Part shown: piece by piece, positions 62,897 through 64,000 of the stretch
Position numbering within the stretch: position 1 is the first letter of the stretch
Layout: the number at the start of each line of letters is the position of its first letter
Assembly (NCBI GenBank): GCA_944391085.1
Contig: CALXSE010000008.1
Span: 2,437 to 66,436, forward strand
Origin: an uncultured Kiritimatiellota bacterium
GTDB lineage: Bacteria; Verrucomicrobiota; Kiritimatiellia; RFP12; DVOR01
DNA: 64,000 bases
Reading direction: 5' to 3'
Notes under the pieces: generated by a model
The model's database searches: none
What the model saw: only the letters and a program-made list of their open reading frames with translations
What the model was told of the DNA's origin: nothing
Made by a program: the position numbers and the translations under genes

Positions 62897-64000
62897 GTGA
62901 CCCAGGCCAAAGGCTTCTGGCTGAGCCTCCTGCTCGTCTTCTGCGCGATGCGCCTGGCGGACGCGCTGAATGCGTACGTCGGGCTGTGGGTCATCCCGGC
63001 GCGCCTGGCGCAGGGGGCGCTGGGGGCGGTCTTGCCGCTGATGTCCTTCGGCGCCTTCCTGGCGGTGCCGGTGGGGGTGCTCGCCACTGTCTTCTCGCGC
63101 CAGCTCTGCGCCTACGCCGCGGCGGGCGACGCCGAGCGGGCCCGGGGGCTGCTCCGCGACGCGCTGGGGGCCACGGCGTTGGTCTTCCTGGCGGCGATGG
63201 CGGTGGCGACGCCCTGCCTGCCGTGGCTCTGCGGGCTGCTGCGCGTGGAGTGCTCGGCGGCGGGCTACCTGGCGGTGGCCTATGGCCTGACGGCGGCCTT
63301 CGCGCCGCTCTTCCTGGCCGCGCTCCAGGCGCTGCGGCGCTTCGGGGCCCTGGCCTCGGCAAACCTGCTGGCGGCGCCGGTGCGGCTGGCGGCGATGCTC
63401 CTGCTGCTGCCGGGGCTGGGGCTCTCCGGCTACTTCCTGGGGCAGCTGGCCTCCATCCTGACGACGATCGGCGTGGTCTGCTGGGCGCTGCGCGGGCTCC
63501 TGCGCGGCGGCGCGGGGCGGCGGGGGGGGGCGAAGGCCTGGCGGGCCGACCTGCGCCCGATGGCTCGGTACGCGGCCAAGGTGGCCCTGGCCGCCGCCGT
63601 GGGGGCCGTGCCGGGGCTGGTCTGCGCCTTCGTCGTCCGCGTGCGCCTGCCGGACGTGGAATCCGGCGCGTACTACCTCCTCACGCGCTTCTCCGAGATC
63701 GCCACGTATTGCGGCAGCACCGTCTCGCTGGTGCTCTTCCCCTTCGCCGTGGCGGCGCGGGCCCGCGGCGAGGACTCCGCCGCCCTGCGCGACGGCGCGC
63801 TCGCGGCGACGCTCGGCGGCGGGCTGGCGCTGGCGGCGCTCTTCTGGTTCCTGTTGCCGTGGCTCTTCCCCCTCATCCCCGGCTACGCCGCGTACGTCCC
63901 CTTCGCGCGCCTGGCGGCCTACCTCACGCTCATCACCGCCTGCAACGTCGCCGCGGCGGCGCACTTCTCCCACGCCCAGGCCCGGGACGACTTCCGCTAC
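62897..64000 (+). CDS. polytopic membrane protein, Wzx/MurJ (MOP-superfamily) flippase-like; the 3' end runs off the window
   Basis: Manual translation from GTG 62897 is open to the window end (368 codons): VTQAKGFWLSLLLVFCAM... with at least 9 hydrophobic helices. Located after murF. Not in the ORF track. The family call is tentative. Confidence 0.55.
   Translation, partial: MTQAKGFWLSLLLVFCAMRLADALNAYVGLWVIPARLAQGALGAVLPLMSFGAFLAVPVGVLATVFSRQLCAYAAAGDAERARGLLRDALGATALVFLAAMAVATPCLPWLCGLLRVECSAAGYLAVAYGLTAAFAPLFLAALQALRRFGALASANLLAAPVRLAAMLLLLPGLGLSGYFLGQLASILTTIGVVCWALRGLLRGGAGRRGGAKAWRADLRPMARYAAKVALAAAVGAVPGLVCAFVVRVRLPDVESGAYYLLTRFSEIATYCGSTVSLVLFPFAVAARARGEDSAALRDGALAATLGGGLALAALFWFLLPWLFPLIPGYAAYVPFARLAAYLTLITACNVAAAAHFSHAQARDDFRY

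Overview
Very GC-rich bacterial chromosomal segment (roughly two-thirds to 70% G+C by eye, not computed). It is densely packed with about 60 protein genes and one tRNA. I found no rRNA, CRISPR array, transposase or phage genes. Most genes are housekeeping: PFOR, fba, pgi, serC, purM, ribE, thiD, folP, fmt, pyrH-frr, rsmA, murF, rph, xerC, dsbD and recD2. They sit in tightly packed operons with many 4-nt (ATGA/GTGA) or 8-nt start/stop overlaps. The gene repertoire suggests a PVC-group organism (Kiritimatiellota, Verrucomicrobiota or Lentisphaerota), but this is inference only. That repertoire includes a giant secreted F-lectin/CxxCH/FGE-sulfatase fusion, a DUF2723/TMEM260-like GT-C, a P/A-rich KTIKLKR protein and several secreted hypotheticals. 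Because of the GC content, the ORF track holds many long spurious antisense or N-terminally over-extended ORFs, so I re-trimmed starts by hand using homology-like N-termini, SD sites and promoter spacing. The track also misses two edge-truncated genes: PFOR at 1-1474 (minus) and a flippase-like gene at 62897-64000 (plus). The most unusual locus is a visibly AT-richer insert at about 20.3-23.2 kb between pgi and tsaC. It encodes an EcoRI-family N6A methyltransferase overlapping a DUF262(ParB-like)-HNH fusion nuclease, followed by a coupled W/E/R-repeat envelope protein, and is a candidate non-canonical restriction/defence module. Other loci worth a second look: a GGGtGRT + NifU-like gene pair; a six-gene overlapped operon linking folP-cdaA-cdaR to GldG-like/DUF4340 proteins and a hybrid histidine kinase; a B12-type radical SAM enzyme with a Cx4Cx2C cluster motif; and a recurrent extended -10 promoter placed 6-9 nt before ATGs, which implies leaderless mRNAs. 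All family assignments come from reading the translated sequences. No database search was run.
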